Of a DNA stretch of 64,000 nucleotides, positions 53,512 through 64,000 are shown piece after piece. Both the position numbers and the translations under genes were made by a program. Under the pieces are notes generated by a model. It saw only the letters and a program-made list of their open reading frames with translations, was not told where the DNA came from and made no database searches. Within the stretch, counting starts at the first letter, position 1; every line of letters begins with the position of its first letter. The stretch lies in the NCBI RefSeq assembly GCF_006345805.1, contig NC_043000.1, positions 98,890,001 to 98,954,000 of the forward strand. Reading direction: 5' to 3'. The DNA comes from Octopus sinensis. Lineage: Eukaryota.

Positions 53512-53639
53512 CGTTTATATATTTGTTTTTGATGTGAAATCGTGTGTTGAAACAGATATTTTTGTATTTAGGAATGGCCATTTTGCCAGTTTAGCCAATA
53601 AAAATACACGCACTATATACTTGGTGTTAAAACTTGACA

Positions 53640-54104
53640 GCTCTGCACAGGAGAATTGCGAGACAGCTCTGGACGAAATACTCAGTAGTGACATCCAAGT
53701 ACCGGCCTGGATGACAAAAGGAAGAACGATACTATGCCAGAATGACCCAAGTAAAGGGAATGCGGTTGGAAATTTCTGACCAATATCTTGTTTGCCACTG
53801 ATGTGAAAACTGACGACAGCGATCATATCGAACTCCATCTATGAGTACGAGATGAGAACAATCTACTACCAGTGGAATAAAAGGAGTGTAGACGCAAGAG
53901 AAAAGGAACGAAGGATCAATTACTAATCCATAAGACTATCCTGGCTGACGGCAAGAAGAGACACGAAAATTTGGTGATGGCATGGGTGGACTACAGGAAA
54001 GCATATGACATGGTTCCACACTCGTGGATTATTGAATGCCTCAAACAGCTTTAGGTCTCCAGCAATATCCTGGTGTTAATACAAAACTCAATGGCATATA
54101 TGGC
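53640..54104 (+). pseudogene. R4/Dong-like reverse transcriptase fragment, cut off by the assembly gap
   Basis: [32 protein letters not shown]; [14 protein letters not shown]; [21 protein letters not shown]. Confidence 0.88.
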
Positions 54105-54204
54105 NNNNNNNNNNNNNNNNNNNNNNNNNNNNNNNNNNNNNNNNNNNNNNNNNNNNNNNNNNNNNNNNNNNNNNNNNNNNNNNNNNNNNNNNNNNNNNNN
54201 NNNN
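54105..54204. other. Assembly gap (100 N)
   Basis: Run of N. Confidence 1.
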
Positions 54205-54320
54205 CCTAAACGTATATACCATTCAGAAGTGAAAACTGGATTTTATGTTAAATTCAAATATGCACACACAAGTATATCCTACTTCATATAATAAAACAAG
54301 CAGAATACGAATCTATCTAC

Positions 54321-54380
<60 letters not shown>

Positions 54381-54465
54381 ATCTATCTATCTATCTATCT
54401 ATCTATCTGTCTGTCAGTTTGCCTGTCTGTATGTCTGTCTGTCTATCTCTCTTTCTCTCTTCCCC

Positions 54466-54539
<74 letters not shown>

Positions 54540-54765
54540 CACCCACATGCATATACATATGTAAATATATGTATGTATATATGTATATACATATATATAA
54601 ACATATATAAATATGTATATACACATATATACGCACACACAGATACGTCTACACAGTAACATACCTAAATACTCACATACATACGTAAATACATACATAA
54701 ATACATACATACATACATACATACATACATACATACATACATACATACATTTATATTCCTGAGCG

Positions 54766-54870
54766 CCATACTAATACGATTGTTTATTTGTATTCCACCT
54801 GCCTTCGTCTTTTGTTTATTTCCGTATACCTGCCTTCGTCTTTTGTCTATTTTCATAAAGCTTCCCATTA
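54766..54870 (+). mobile_element. 5'-truncated H1-related element lacking the hammerhead
   Basis: CCTGAGCGCCATACTAATACGATTGTTT...ACCTGCCTTCGTCTTTTGT (twice) matches the 3' half of 2536-2718; follows an (ATAC)n tract. Confidence 0.55.
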
Positions 54871-55609
54871 TATATAAACATACATATATGGGTGTATATA
54901 TATATATATATATAGACACACATACATAACATCACATTCTTAAATTGTGTATTATTTACATACACGCATATTTATATATGCTTCTGTGATAAAAAGTAAT
55001 AATGGTTAGTCGTACACCCACACGTACACACATATATATATATATATATATTTATATCTATATATATGTCAATATTTACATCTGTATAATTTTCTATCTG
55101 TCTCTCTCCCTCTCTTTATGTATATATAATCTATATTCTCCTCCTCCTCCTCTCTCTGCATCTCACTCTTTCTGTCTATATATATTTCTTTTATATATAT
55201 ATATACATACATATATATATATAAATGCCTGTGTGTGTATGAGTGTGTGTGTGTGTGTGTGTCTGTGTGTGTGTATGTTTGGCTGTGTGTGTATTCACAT
55301 ACCAGCAAGAAATTTATACAATTGGGAAGCTAAACAAAACTGGCTCTAAGAGGTTAGAATGAAGGAAATAACTGGTTCTAAGGATAAACTTCAAAACAAA
55401 TATTTGCTCTTTTTATTCTGTTTTCAATGTAGTAAAGACGAGTCAATTGTTTGTTTAAAGGAATATTTAAAAAAAGACACTAACTCATAAAAGTATGCAT
55501 GGCTTTATCCAAGGAAGTCATTGGAAAATGTATTAATTAAAACTTGCCCTTTTTTAAGGACGCACGTCTGTTATTTCGTGTATGTGTGTAATATATATAT
55601 ATATAAATA

Positions 55610-56026
55610 GGCGCAGGAGTGGCTGTGTGGTAAGTAGCTTGCTAACCAGCCACATGGTTCCGGGTTCAGTCCCACTGCGTGGCATCTTGGGCAAGTTGTT
55701 TTCTGCTATAGCCCGGGGCCCGACCAATGCCTTGTGAGTGGATTTGGTAGACGGAAACTGAAAGAAGCCTGTCGTATATATGTTATATATATATGTGTGT
55801 GTGTGTATGTGTTTGTGTGTCTGTGTTTGTCCCCTAGCATTGCCTGACAACCGATGCTGGTGTGTTTACGTCCCTGTCACTTAGCGGTTCGGCAAAATAG
55901 ACCGATAGAATAAGTACTGGCCTTACAAAGAATAAGACCCGGGGTCGATTTGCTCGACTAAAGGTGGTGCTCCAGCATGGACGCAGTCAAATGACTGAAA
56001 CAAGTAAAAGAGTAAGAGTAAAGAGT
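55610..56026 (+). mobile_element. Full-length CORE-like tRNA SINE (reference copy in this window)
   Basis: GGCGCAGGAGTGGCTGTGTGGTAAG (A box), GGGTTCAGTCCC (B box), GGCATCTTGGGCAAG (CORE-like), internal TA/TG tract, tail GGTGCTCCAGCATGG...CAAGTAAAAGAG. Confidence 0.9.
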
Positions 56027-56027
56027 A

Positions 56028-56093
<66 letters not shown>

Positions 56094-56282
56094 ATATAGA
56101 CGGATAGATAGATTGATAAATAGATATTCGTACATAGGTGTGCGTGTATATATAAGTGGGTAGACAGGTGTGCGTGTGTGAGTATGTTTACGTATTTATG
56201 CATATATATATGTGTGTATATATCCATCCATCCATATATATATATTATTTTTTTTTTTAATGCAGATATGTATATATATATA

Positions 56283-56590
56283 TGGAGGCGCAACAGCCCA
56301 GTGGTTAGAGCAGTAGACTCGTGGTCGGAGGATCGCCGTTTTGATTCCCAGACCGGGCGTTGTGTGTGTTTATTGAGCGAAAACACGTAAAAGCTCCACG
56401 ATCTTCCGGCAGGGGGTGGTGGCGATCCCTGTTGTACTCTTTCGCTACGACTATCTCTCCCTCTCTCTTCCTCTTTCTTGAGTAACGCTGCGATGGACTG
56501 GCGTCCCGTCCAGTTGGGGGAACACATACGCCACAGAAACCGGGAAACCGGGTCCATCAGCCTGGCTAAGCTTGAAAAGGGCGACGTTTA
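56283..56590 (+). mobile_element. tRNA-derived SINE with a V-domain-like segment
   Basis: Head GCCCAGTGGTTAGAG...GTTTTGATTCCC; CTGCGATGGACTGGCGTCCCGTCCAG at 56488-56513 resembles the V-SINE conserved domain (from recall). Confidence 0.7.
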
Positions 56591-56621
56591 TCGTACGTTA
56601 TATATATATATATATATAGAC

Positions 56622-56699
<78 letters not shown>

Positions 56700-56795
56700 C
56701 ATTCTTGTATATGATACTGATATGTCTGTGTGTATGTATATACATACTTAGATAACATTTACATGCATATTTCTACATACATATATAAGTATATG

Positions 56796-56833
<38 letters not shown>

Positions 56834-57310
56834 AGTATGTGTGTGTGTATGTGTGTGTGTGTACTCACGTACGTACATATGCATACATCTGTATATGCAT
56901 ACATGTGTATAGGTACTCATGCATATGTATTAGGGAAGAAAATGCAAAGCGTGTGTCGGAAGCTGATTGTGGGTAGATTAGTTTCCGATGCTGCTTTTCA
57001 ATTAAATGATTGTTGTTGTGTAAGAGAAAACAAATATAAAGTATAAAAGAAAAAGTATGTTGGAAGTTGTACAGGAAGACAGGGAGGAAGCGATAGAAAA
57101 CGTAGATTATAAAGAGAATTCTGAGAATAAGGAGGTTTCTGTGTTGACAGCAAAGTGGGTGCCAAATTGCTTATAACATTTTCTGGTAAATAACACTGTT
57201 GTTTTGATCGTATATATAAAGTGTTGAAAACATAAGAGAAGAATTTTAAAATAATAATAACAATAACAAAATGAGAAAATAATCCCCCTTTCCTTGTGTT
57301 ACTATAGCTG

Positions 57311-57389
<79 letters not shown>

Positions 57390-57429
57390 CTACAACAACA
57401 AGATCAGCAGAAACCAATAATAATGATAA

Positions 57430-57763
57430 TCGTTTGTAACGTCGGCACAAGACCTGAATTTCGGGAGAGGTGGTTATTCGACTGTTTTATGTAGGTGCCT
57501 TTTAGGCGGAATTTGAACTCACTAGGGACCGAGGGGCGAAACACCTATTTTAAAGGATGAAAGGCTAAGTTGACTTCGGCGGAATTTGAACTCTGAATAT
57601 AACGGAACGCGAAATACCTATTTCTTTACTACCCACAAGGTGCTAAATACAGAGAGGAGAAAGAAAGACAGACAAAAAGATTAAGTCGATTACATCGACC
57701 CCAGTGCGTAACTGGTACTTAATTTATTGACCCCGAAAGTATGAAAGGCTAAGTTGACTTCGG
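57430..57763 (-). mobile_element. Meta-like SINE pieces including the tandem-body form, abutting the LINE 5' end
   Basis: TGAAAGGCTAAGTTGACTTCGG occurs twice; the minus strand contains the junction GTAGTAAAGAAATAGGTATTTCG. Confidence 0.75.
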
Positions 57764-60700
57764 GACCACCACACATGGCGTAGATGGAGCAAGCAAATTA
57801 ATGCTGTGGTCATGGAGTGTTACTACCTGAGCAACCCGGTGGATGAAAATGGTGCTCAAATTAGGTGTTACCGACAACGTATATATGATCATTGGAAAGA
57901 GAAGGGATTGTTCCAAATCACGGAACAGAGACTATGTGATCAATCTAGTGCAATAACAAAAAATAATTGGTTCACAGAAGTAGAGCTCGAAGCTATCAAA
58001 AGACGGGTCATGGAAAATAGCAGCAGAAATAACAATGAAAATACAATTCTTACTAAGAGAAATCCCAGAGTATAGGGAAGGAGCAGTGGTAGTTTACTTG
58101 ATGTGAAACATATAGATGATCTAAAAGAAGACAATAAAACGAATAGCGACATGACAGATGAACAAAAGGCAATCTACGACAGAATAAAAGTAAGACTACA
58201 GGAGAACAATAGCGACATTAATTGCAATCTTAAAAAGGCTGGTTGATGGAAATTGAACCAAGAAACGAAAAATGCCTATGAAATTCTGAAATACATCAGA
58301 ATAAACAACATCACAGAAACAAATAATTTGATCAAGGCAGCAAGTATTATTGTAGCGGAAAACGTGGGTGTTGATGTCAAGAAAAAGAAACATAATGGGA
58401 CTGACAAAAGAAAAGATCCATGGTAGAAGAGAAGAATCCAAGCAGGTTAGACATGCTCTCGAAGGAAATCTCTCTGTTAGACCGAAAAGACAAGGGAGAT
58501 TAAAAGGGAACAAAAATACAAGGCGTTGAAAAGGAAGTATAATATTAAAAGAAAAGGCCTGAAAGTAGTAGTGGAGGAACTGAAACAGCGTCTCGTTGCA
58601 AAGAAAGCAAAGCTGGACAGATACGACCAAAGAATGACGGGTTATTCAGAGATCAGAATAGATTCTATAAAGAAATAAATGGAGAGTGTACAGATAAAAA
58701 GTTGATACCAGATAACATTGAAAGTCAAAGATTTTGGATCGAAAGCAAAGGTTTTGACATCTGGGGCAAAGACAAGAAGCACAAGAAGGATGCCGAATGG
58801 TTGCAAGAACTGAAACAAACATTAGTATGTCCAAAACGGGCTGAACTAGTCATTTCAGTTACGGAAGTTATTGAAATCAGCAAAGAAATGAGCAACTGGA
58901 AGGCCCCGAGACCAAATGGAGTTCAAGGCTACTGGATCAAAAGATTTGGTGAATGTCATGCACGAATAGCTGCGCAACTCAACACCTTATTAAATGCCGA
59001 CCAAGTAACACCAGGGTGGTTGACATTGGGTAGGACAGTGCTGTGCCTGAAAAACATCGAAAAAGGCAATACGGTAGACAATTACACACCGATATCCTGT
59101 TTGCTACTTATGTGGACGTTATTGACTGGAATACTCGCAGAGCCAATGTACGAACATCTGGAAAAAAATGGAGTCCTGCCACATGAGCAGAAGAGTTGCA
59201 AGCGTAAGTGCAGAGGTACCAAGGATCAACTCCTGATAGACAAAACTGTTCTTAGAAACTGCAAGAGGAGGAAAAGTAACTTAGCCATGTCATGGATCGA
59301 CTATCGTAAGGAGTACGATATGATCCCACATTCTTGGATTATGGAGTGTATGAACCTATTTGGTATTCAATCGAATGTTGTGCGACTGATCATTGTACTG
59401 TGCTTCATACCCCTAACACTTATTCTGACGAAAGCAAAAGCCGGATATGTATTCAAAAGCCGCCAACAAAACGTCAACCATTTATTATTCATAGCTGACC
59501 TCAAATTTTATGGTAAAGATGAAGCCCAAGTCACTTCTTCCCTCGTTGATACGGTGTATACTTTCAGTGTTGATATTATAGTGTAGTTCGGACTGAGAAA
59601 GTGTGGTGTGTTAGTCTTGAAGAGAGGCAAAATCAAATGTATGGACGGGCTAAGGATAACTTTAGTGGGAGGTTATGAGGCAGATAGAAGAGACGGACTA
59701 CAAGTGCTTGGAAATGGATAAATTGATGGAGCAAGAAATGACAGAAAAATTTAAGGTGGAGTACTTGCACAAACTGAGACTGATCCTAAAATCGAAATGA
59801 ATCGGACCGAATAACATCGAAGCTATCAACACCTGGGCAGTTTCACTCCTTAGATATGGAGCAGGGATAATTGCATGGACAGTAGACGAACTAAATAGCT
59901 TAGACAGAAAGACAAGGAAATTGCTAACTAGATATGGGTATCTCCACTCCAAAAGTGACACAGATAGACTGTAGGTACCAAGAAAAAGAGGGAGAGAGGA
60001 CTTATTGGATGCGAACGCAGCATTAGAGCAGAAGAAAACAATATAGAATGGTCGGGCTTGTGTAGGATGAAAGATTGCAAAGATGAAACACTATACAAGA
60101 CATTGAAAACGAATGAAACTGAAAATAGGTGGGTAAAGAAAATAATGCACGTTCAATTTTATAGGGTTGTTAAAGATTAGTCAGACAGAGAAGAAAGATG
60201 GCTATGGGTGACTAAAATTGATTTAAACCGGAGACAGAGGCTCTAATCTATGATGCCCAAGAGCAAGCACTAAGAACAAACTACATAAAATACAGAATAG
60301 ACAATGCAGCAGAAAGTGATAAGTGCAGAATCTGTGGTTAAAACGGCGAAACCGTATGACATATTACCAGCCAATGTACGCCACTAGCCCAGAAGGAATA
60401 TAAGAGCCGCCACGACAATATAGCTAGGCTTGTCCAATGGACACTTTGGAACAAGTATGGACTTGACAGAGCAAAAAATTGGTACGACTACAAACCTGAA
60501 GGCATCGTCGAAAACGGAAATGTAAAGATCCTATGGGATTTTATGATTCAGTTCGACCATGAGATAGAGAATAGGAAGCTGGACATAGTCTTAATTGAGA
60601 AAGAAAACCAACTATGCTGGATCATAGATATAGCATACCCAGCTGACAACAACGTATGCGATAAGAAAGAAAGAAAAGTCGATAGATATGACGAGTTAGC

Positions 60701-60962
60701 ATGGAAATTTAAACAGTTGTGGTCTATGAAAAAGGTAATAGTAGTATCAATAATTGTCGGAGCCCTGGGAACAGTGAGCAAAAATCTCGAGAAGTACGTG
60801 AAACAATAAGGGGCTGCAATAAGGGTGGACCACTTGGAACCAGCACAGCTTGGACTGGCTTGAATACTCCGAAGTAAAAAAATAAGAGGTATTACCTTAG
60901 TTCACTGGTAGTGAACAGCTGACACCGCAGTACATCTCCAGCGTTAGAATCTGTGCAAAGGC
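57764..60962 (+). mobile_element. Near-full-length, inactivated R4/Dong-like non-LTR retrotransposon (RLE type)
   Basis: N-terminal RWSKQINAVVMECYY...HWKEKG...TEQRLCDQ (Myb-like); [39 protein letters not shown] (58702-59586); CRICG*NGETV*HITSQC at about 60324; RKLDIVLIEKE...IIDIAYPAD endonuclease (60543-60809); ends in (AAT)n; many stops and frameshifts. Confidence 0.93.
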
Positions 60963-60987
60963 AATAATAACAATAATAATAATAATA

Positions 60988-61019
60988 TCACTTTGATGGC
61001 ATGCGCTGCTCTCTCACTC
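60988..61019 (+). mobile_element. 32-bp 3' terminus of the 15431-type retroposon inside the (AAT)n tail
   Basis: TCACTTTGATGGCATGCGCTGCTCTCTCACTC matches the reverse complement of 15431-15462; (AAT)n on both sides. Confidence 0.65.
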
Positions 61020-61890
61020 AATAATAATAATAATAATAATAATAATTAAGATCACAGGAAAATTTAACTTTGACGGTATGCGAACTCAGAACGCGAAGGG
61101 ATATACGTGAATATCTCAACTGATTTTGTTCAACACTATAGCTCGTCCCAGTTTATTCACCTCATCGATCTCTAGGATAAGATTTCATTTCAGGTTTAGA
61201 CATCACGCCAACAGTTTTAAATGTAGTATATTAGCCGATACCATCCGACCCATTACATGACTGATATTCTGTTACATTGAGATTGGAAGGATGAAATACA
61301 GAGTTGATCTCTGCAGAATTGAAGTCAGAATAAGAAGATTCGGAAGAAATATTGCAAGTCATTTTGTCCAAGAGCTCTCATGATCCTGACAGCTCAACTT
61401 GATGGTAATAAAAGTCTCTAATGTAAGCACAATTCCGGAAGATTTTTTTCTATCAACTCAGGGATCTTGAAACTCAACCCAGTTTATATTTGGACTCAGA
61501 ACTTACAGAAACCATTAATAAATATACGATGTCTTGATCTGCTGGACATAGCAAAGATATTTACCTTAGTCAAATCTTACGGACTTAAGTAAATGATATA
61601 TTGGAGAATGTAATCCCTGATGTACCAAAATTACTAGGGGATCACGGCTGAAATAATTTTGATCTTTTACCGACTCGATCATAGTTACATGGAGTTCAAC
61701 AACAACAACAGCGACTTCGTTAGTGCAGCCAAGATTCTAAAGTGTATATGTAGTTCTTCATATGTACAACGCTTACATTGACTAAATTCTTAGATCGATA
61801 GTGGAATATGCCAGCTGCATCTAATTACATCTTCCACAACAAACTGTAACAAAGACAATAACGTACTCGTTCCACAATGAAAAGCTATAT

Positions 61891-61964
<74 letters not shown>

Positions 61965-62183
61965 GTGTCATATGGTATAATTATAAACGGCAAATTTTAG
62001 CCATTTCTCTGCAGTCTGAAAAAAATTATGAACAACCTTAATTGAATTTCAAACCTTATTGGGTTCTCATCAGAGGTGTCCACATAATTTTGACAATCTC
62101 CAGAGAAACGACAGCCAAACTGCTTATATACTGAACTAATACAGCAGTTACTCTATGAAGGAGTCCCAAATTTGCATTCCGAC

Positions 62184-62540
62184 ACTATATCTATGAGATA
62201 AAATCCGTTCTGTCTGTCTGTGTGTGTCTTCTAGGATCTCGGGCATCCTCCATCCGATTGCATTCAAATTTGATATGTAGACACCGACGGTATCAGGGCA
62301 TGTATAAGTCTTGCAAAAATTACAAAAATCGATTCCAGTTGAGAATGTGATCGATGAAGCCGCGGGAACGTGCATTTGTACGCGCAAGTACATCAGTCAA
62401 AATCCATCTTTTGCCGGTGTCTCAAATTTAGGTTAAATAAGTATTTCTCAAAGGGGAAGCCTATGGGACGGCCGGACAAGTTGTTTTGAGAAACTTTTGT
62501 TTAAATGTTTGGCAAATCAGCACTGTCTATTTGACGGGGG
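62184..62540. mobile_element. DINE-1/Helentron-like fragment
   Basis: ATCTATGAGATAAAATCCGTTCTGTCTGTCTGTGTGTG...GATCTC...CCGATTGCATTCAAATTTG has the layout of DINE-like ends; extent uncertain. Confidence 0.4.
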
Positions 62541-62551
62541 CGTTTTGCTCG

Positions 62552-62583
<32 letters not shown>

Positions 62584-62949
62584 ACAACTATACAATAAGA
62601 CTAATGAAGGCTAGCTTAGACATAAGCAGGATTCAAAATCTAACCAGAGCAGCCATTTCTTGCCACTAGATGTCCTTTCATAATCTTGGTCAAAGGTATT
62701 CAGTCTTGAAAATGTCTTTTTAGTATGACTACAAGTGTACTATCCAATGAGTTTTTTTCTTTTTTCTTTGTTTTTTTTTTAGATTTTTAGACATTAAGCA
62801 GCTGTTAGAGAGAGTTGAGTACTTTTTCAGGCAGATCGTGGGGGCTTTGTAGAGGCCCTAGTCAAACACATCTATAATGAAATGCGTTTCTGTCATGATT
62901 GTCATATCTATTTTCAGAGACTATACATACATTTATATAGATAGATACA

Positions 62950-63050
62950 TACATGTATGTATGTATGTATGTATGTATGTATGTATGTATGTATGTATGT
63001 ATGTATGTATGTATGTATGTATGTATGTATGTATCTATGTATGTATGTAT
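62950..63050. repeat. (ATGT)n microsatellite; another follows (CA)n at about 63385-63485
   Basis: Direct reading. Confidence 0.95.
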
Positions 63051-63304
63051 ATATCTAACTATCTATATACATACATAAATACAAACACACACACATATAC
63101 ACACACGCATGTAGTCAATTCAAATAAACAACTGACAAAATTAATAGACAACACGAGGATAAGCACAAGGAATGTATTAGTTTTATGCTCGGTAGAAAGA
63201 GAGAGAATGACGTTTTGAGCATGGCTCTTCGTCGGAAAGCAGAAAGGGAAAAGTCTAAAGAAGGAAAAAAAATCGCCAACACCACATGTGTAATTACGTT
63301 GATC

Positions 63305-63347
<43 letters not shown>

Positions 63348-63356
63348 ACACACACT

Positions 63357-63414
<58 letters not shown>

Positions 63415-64000
63415 TGTATGTATGTATGTATGTATGTATGTATGTATGTATGTATGTATGTATGTATGTATGTGTGTATGTATGTAGGTAAGTAGGTTGG
63501 TAGGTATATTCAAATCAATAGTTCAACTCAAAGCTGATTTGATTATGGTACACTGGATGTATCTAGTTCTCTGGTTATAATGGAATGGTTTGGATTTTGC
63601 TAGAGTCAGTCTTTTCTCATTTAATTAATAGTACAATATATATTTCCAGACAACTTCTCGTTTCTCTCTACGTTTCATCTCTAATCTCTACCACATTAAA
63701 GTGTTGCCACTAGCATATCAGTCAAAACTGTGTGACAGTGGTCATTTCGAAGCAGGAAAGTTACTATAATATCATAATTTTACCGATAAAACCGTCTGTA
63801 AGCATTTTTCAAGTTCATTGACTTGAAAAGTTGATGGAAACCAGTTCAGTTGTTAAACGTGTCATTTTCCTTCCTAGACAGACTGCCTGGCGACCCGTCT
63901 TCTTAAAGTAGTCCTTTCATCACATTAAAAAGGAGCTCGTTACATAGTGACAGTGTGAAGATTAATATGACAGACAGAAAGTGAAGGAGCCTCTTTCAGA

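Noticed and set aside
55610-55680. tRNA genes at the SINE heads (also 38240, 56283 and others)
   Set aside because: A/B-box-like motifs are present, but there is no full cloverleaf and each continues into a SINE body.
63806-63830. 9-bp hairpin TTTTCAAGT/ACTTGAAAA and a nearby acceptor-like TTTTCCTTCCTAG
   Set aside because: A short AT-rich stem expected by chance; all frames after the AG close within about 50 nt.

Overview
Non-coding, AT-rich eukaryotic DNA saturated with microsatellites ((TA)n, (CA)n, (TAA)n, (ATAC)n, (ATCT)n, (GA)n). The repeat families and microsatellite load point to an octopus/cephalopod genome (inference). No host protein-coding exon could be supported: nearly all ORF-track entries are microsatellite translations or transposon remnants. 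Recognisable content: (i) R4/Dong-like non-LTR retrotransposons (Myb-like N-terminus, RT, CCHC knuckle, restriction-like endonuclease), with one near-full-length decayed copy at 57.8-61.0 kb and six fragments, whose intact 3' ends run into (TAA)n; (ii) three groups of tRNA-derived SINEs (CORE-like, Meta-like, and a shared head that carries a V-like domain in one copy); (iii) mariner elements, a mariner-type MITE, a hAT-like end, Helentron/DINE-like pieces and fold-back elements; (iv) a 100-N assembly gap. The main hidden signal is a set of minimal type I hammerhead ribozyme folds in about four families of short non-coding elements inserted in TA-rich microsatellites, probably Penelope-like pseudo-LTRs. 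These include a CUGUGGA core variant in two separate copies and a 536-bp palindrome carrying two divergent hammerheads. All folds and alignments were read by eye; none was computed or tested.
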